A stretch of DNA of 64,000 bases, taken from positions 620,001 to 684,000 of the forward strand of contig AP026146.1 in NCBI GenBank assembly GCA_030295235.1, written 5' to 3'. Of the stretch, positions 62,401 through 64,000 are shown piece by piece. The position numbers and the translations under genes are program-made. The notes below the pieces were generated by a model that saw only the letters and a list, made by a program, of their open reading frames with translations, was not told the origin of the DNA and made no database searches. This DNA comes from Fistulifera solaris (lineage: Eukaryota). Numbering within the stretch: position 1 is the stretch's first letter; each line of letters begins with the position of its first letter.

Positions 62401-64000
62401 CCCTATGATTTCGTTTTAGTTGCTTTTGGTAACTCATTAATTTGTCATCCTTAGCCAAAAAATTTGAACGCTGTGGGTGTTCACCGTGACCAAAGAAACC
62501 ATGACCAGAGTTTCAAATGCTTTGCTGCGACGTTTGAAGAACGAGTATCGAAACCGGGTTTGAATCCAGCAGCAAGCGGTAAATATTTAAGACGATGCCT
62601 TATTCGGTACTATCCGATTGATCGGACGGCTTCGATTGCTATGTTACACGATTCACGAAAGCTCGATCAAAGGAAATGCAAGGTCCCTGAAACCATTACA
62701 CTCGATGAGGCGAACCGAAATTCTGCTCTCCTATCAACTGATTTCTTACAGGAGCGTCACTTATGCAACCGCCACCTTCCGAGGGGAACTACCCGATCGC
62801 AGTCGATTCTTGCTAGCTCTGTGATTGAACCTTCAGACTTTACATCAATGCCAAGGCCGGGAAAGGCCATGGACTTTATTTTTCGACTTTCCTTCTTCGA
62901 GAACCCTATGGTTGATTTAGAAGGGCGTTATTTTACTATTCATGATTCCTCGGTACTAGGGGTGCACCGGTCAGATGCGAGTGCAATGGAGTTCAGCGAT
63001 GCATCTCTCAGTACAGTCCTGTGTATGATCGGAGACACAGCAGGAGAGACAAAAAGTAGTACAACAGATTCATCAAGCCAAGGAGTTCAGATGGGGAAAG
63101 ATGGGTATCCGGTCATATGGATGAAGTTCAGTGGCGATGATACCAAAGTTGAAATGAAGCCTTATCGCGCCTCATTTGTTCGAGCCGCCTTGTTGGTGAC
63201 AGAAGCTCGACAAGAAGCGCAGCTCCAGGTAAGTGCAAACTCATGCTTAAGCCGAGGAATTTACGAGCAGCGACTGACGTGGGTTTTCATTCCAGTGCCT
63301 CCTATCTTGTGTCAAGTCTGGCTCAGCGACGAATGCCACAAAAGCTTTGATCGACTCCATTTTGAAACCAACCTATAAACTTATTGAATATGCTGGCAAC
63401 CGTAGTAGAGAAAAACAATCTATTGTTCTTCGCGATCTGAAACTTGGAGTCAATCATATTGATAGAGCGCAACTCCGTAGAAATGGTCTTTTGGATCCTC
63501 GCTATCCAACAACTTTACTAGACATGACCGCTAGAATAGAAGAAGCTCTCCAATCAAACGATGACAGACCAGGTGCCGACTTCTTCGGAGTCTCGGCAAC
63601 TTCATATAAAATTCGTTGTACGGTGAAAGTTCGAGTTGCTGATGTTGATGCCGACGGCAATGAAGGTCTTGAAAATAGCAGTCGGATGTGCCAGGAGGAG
63701 TGGGTCGTGCACAGATCTTTCAAAGATTTTCAAACGCTGCATAAACATTTGAAAACTCAACTCGCTGCAAGTCTCTCGTCGGGGACACCGGCTAGTCGCT
63801 TGGTAGGGGCTGCAACGGCTGCTTTCGCACCAGCCGCATCCTCCCAAGGTCGTCAACGACAACCGTTCATAGCATCCCTTTCTCAGGCTTCGAAAGCTGG
63901 AGCACTTGGCGTGACAAAGAAATCAATTTTGAAAAGAATGGAAATATTGAACGAGTATTTGTTGTATTTGCTTGCCCCTGGCAACCCCGTACGTTTGTGT
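59423..64000 (+). CDS. PXA/PX-domain sorting nexin (SNX13/Mdm1-like), truncated by the window end
   Basis: Two N-terminal TM helices; PXA 'YVLRDFVGCWY', 'LLTEILAGCALTP'; PX 'WVVHRSFKDFQTLHKHLK' (~63700). Introns ~62387-62454 and ~63229-63295. Confidence 0.8.

Overview
Gene-dense eukaryotic nuclear DNA, most likely a diatom (short GT-AG introns, bipartite signal+'A-F' plastid-targeting N-termini); the species cannot be determined from sequence alone. About 30 protein-coding genes are supported, including a SWIB/BAF60-like protein, PhyH dioxygenase, PfkB kinase, EB1, DUF4954, DUF924, sulfotransferase, double cupin, SURF1, MCCB, GNAT, mitochondrial ClpX, YeiH/PSE exporter, Med21, an amino-acid transporter, M3 peptidase, TrhO, a tandem TPR pair and a PXA/PX sorting nexin. 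Two things stand out. (1) A complete 5.86-kb Mutator-like DNA transposon (19673-25536) with perfect 131-bp TIRs and a 9-bp TSD, carrying a MULE DDE transposase, a SWIM finger, an SPATT-repeat linker and a C-terminal Ulp1/C48 SUMO-protease domain. (2) A predicted GPI-anchored surface protein (37959-39576) with two tandem Cu-only SOD-like domains on a stalk of 31 Met-Met-x-Pro-Ser/Thr pentapeptides. Many genes are split by single-base indels in homopolymer runs, most likely assembly errors, so gene boundaries are approximate.
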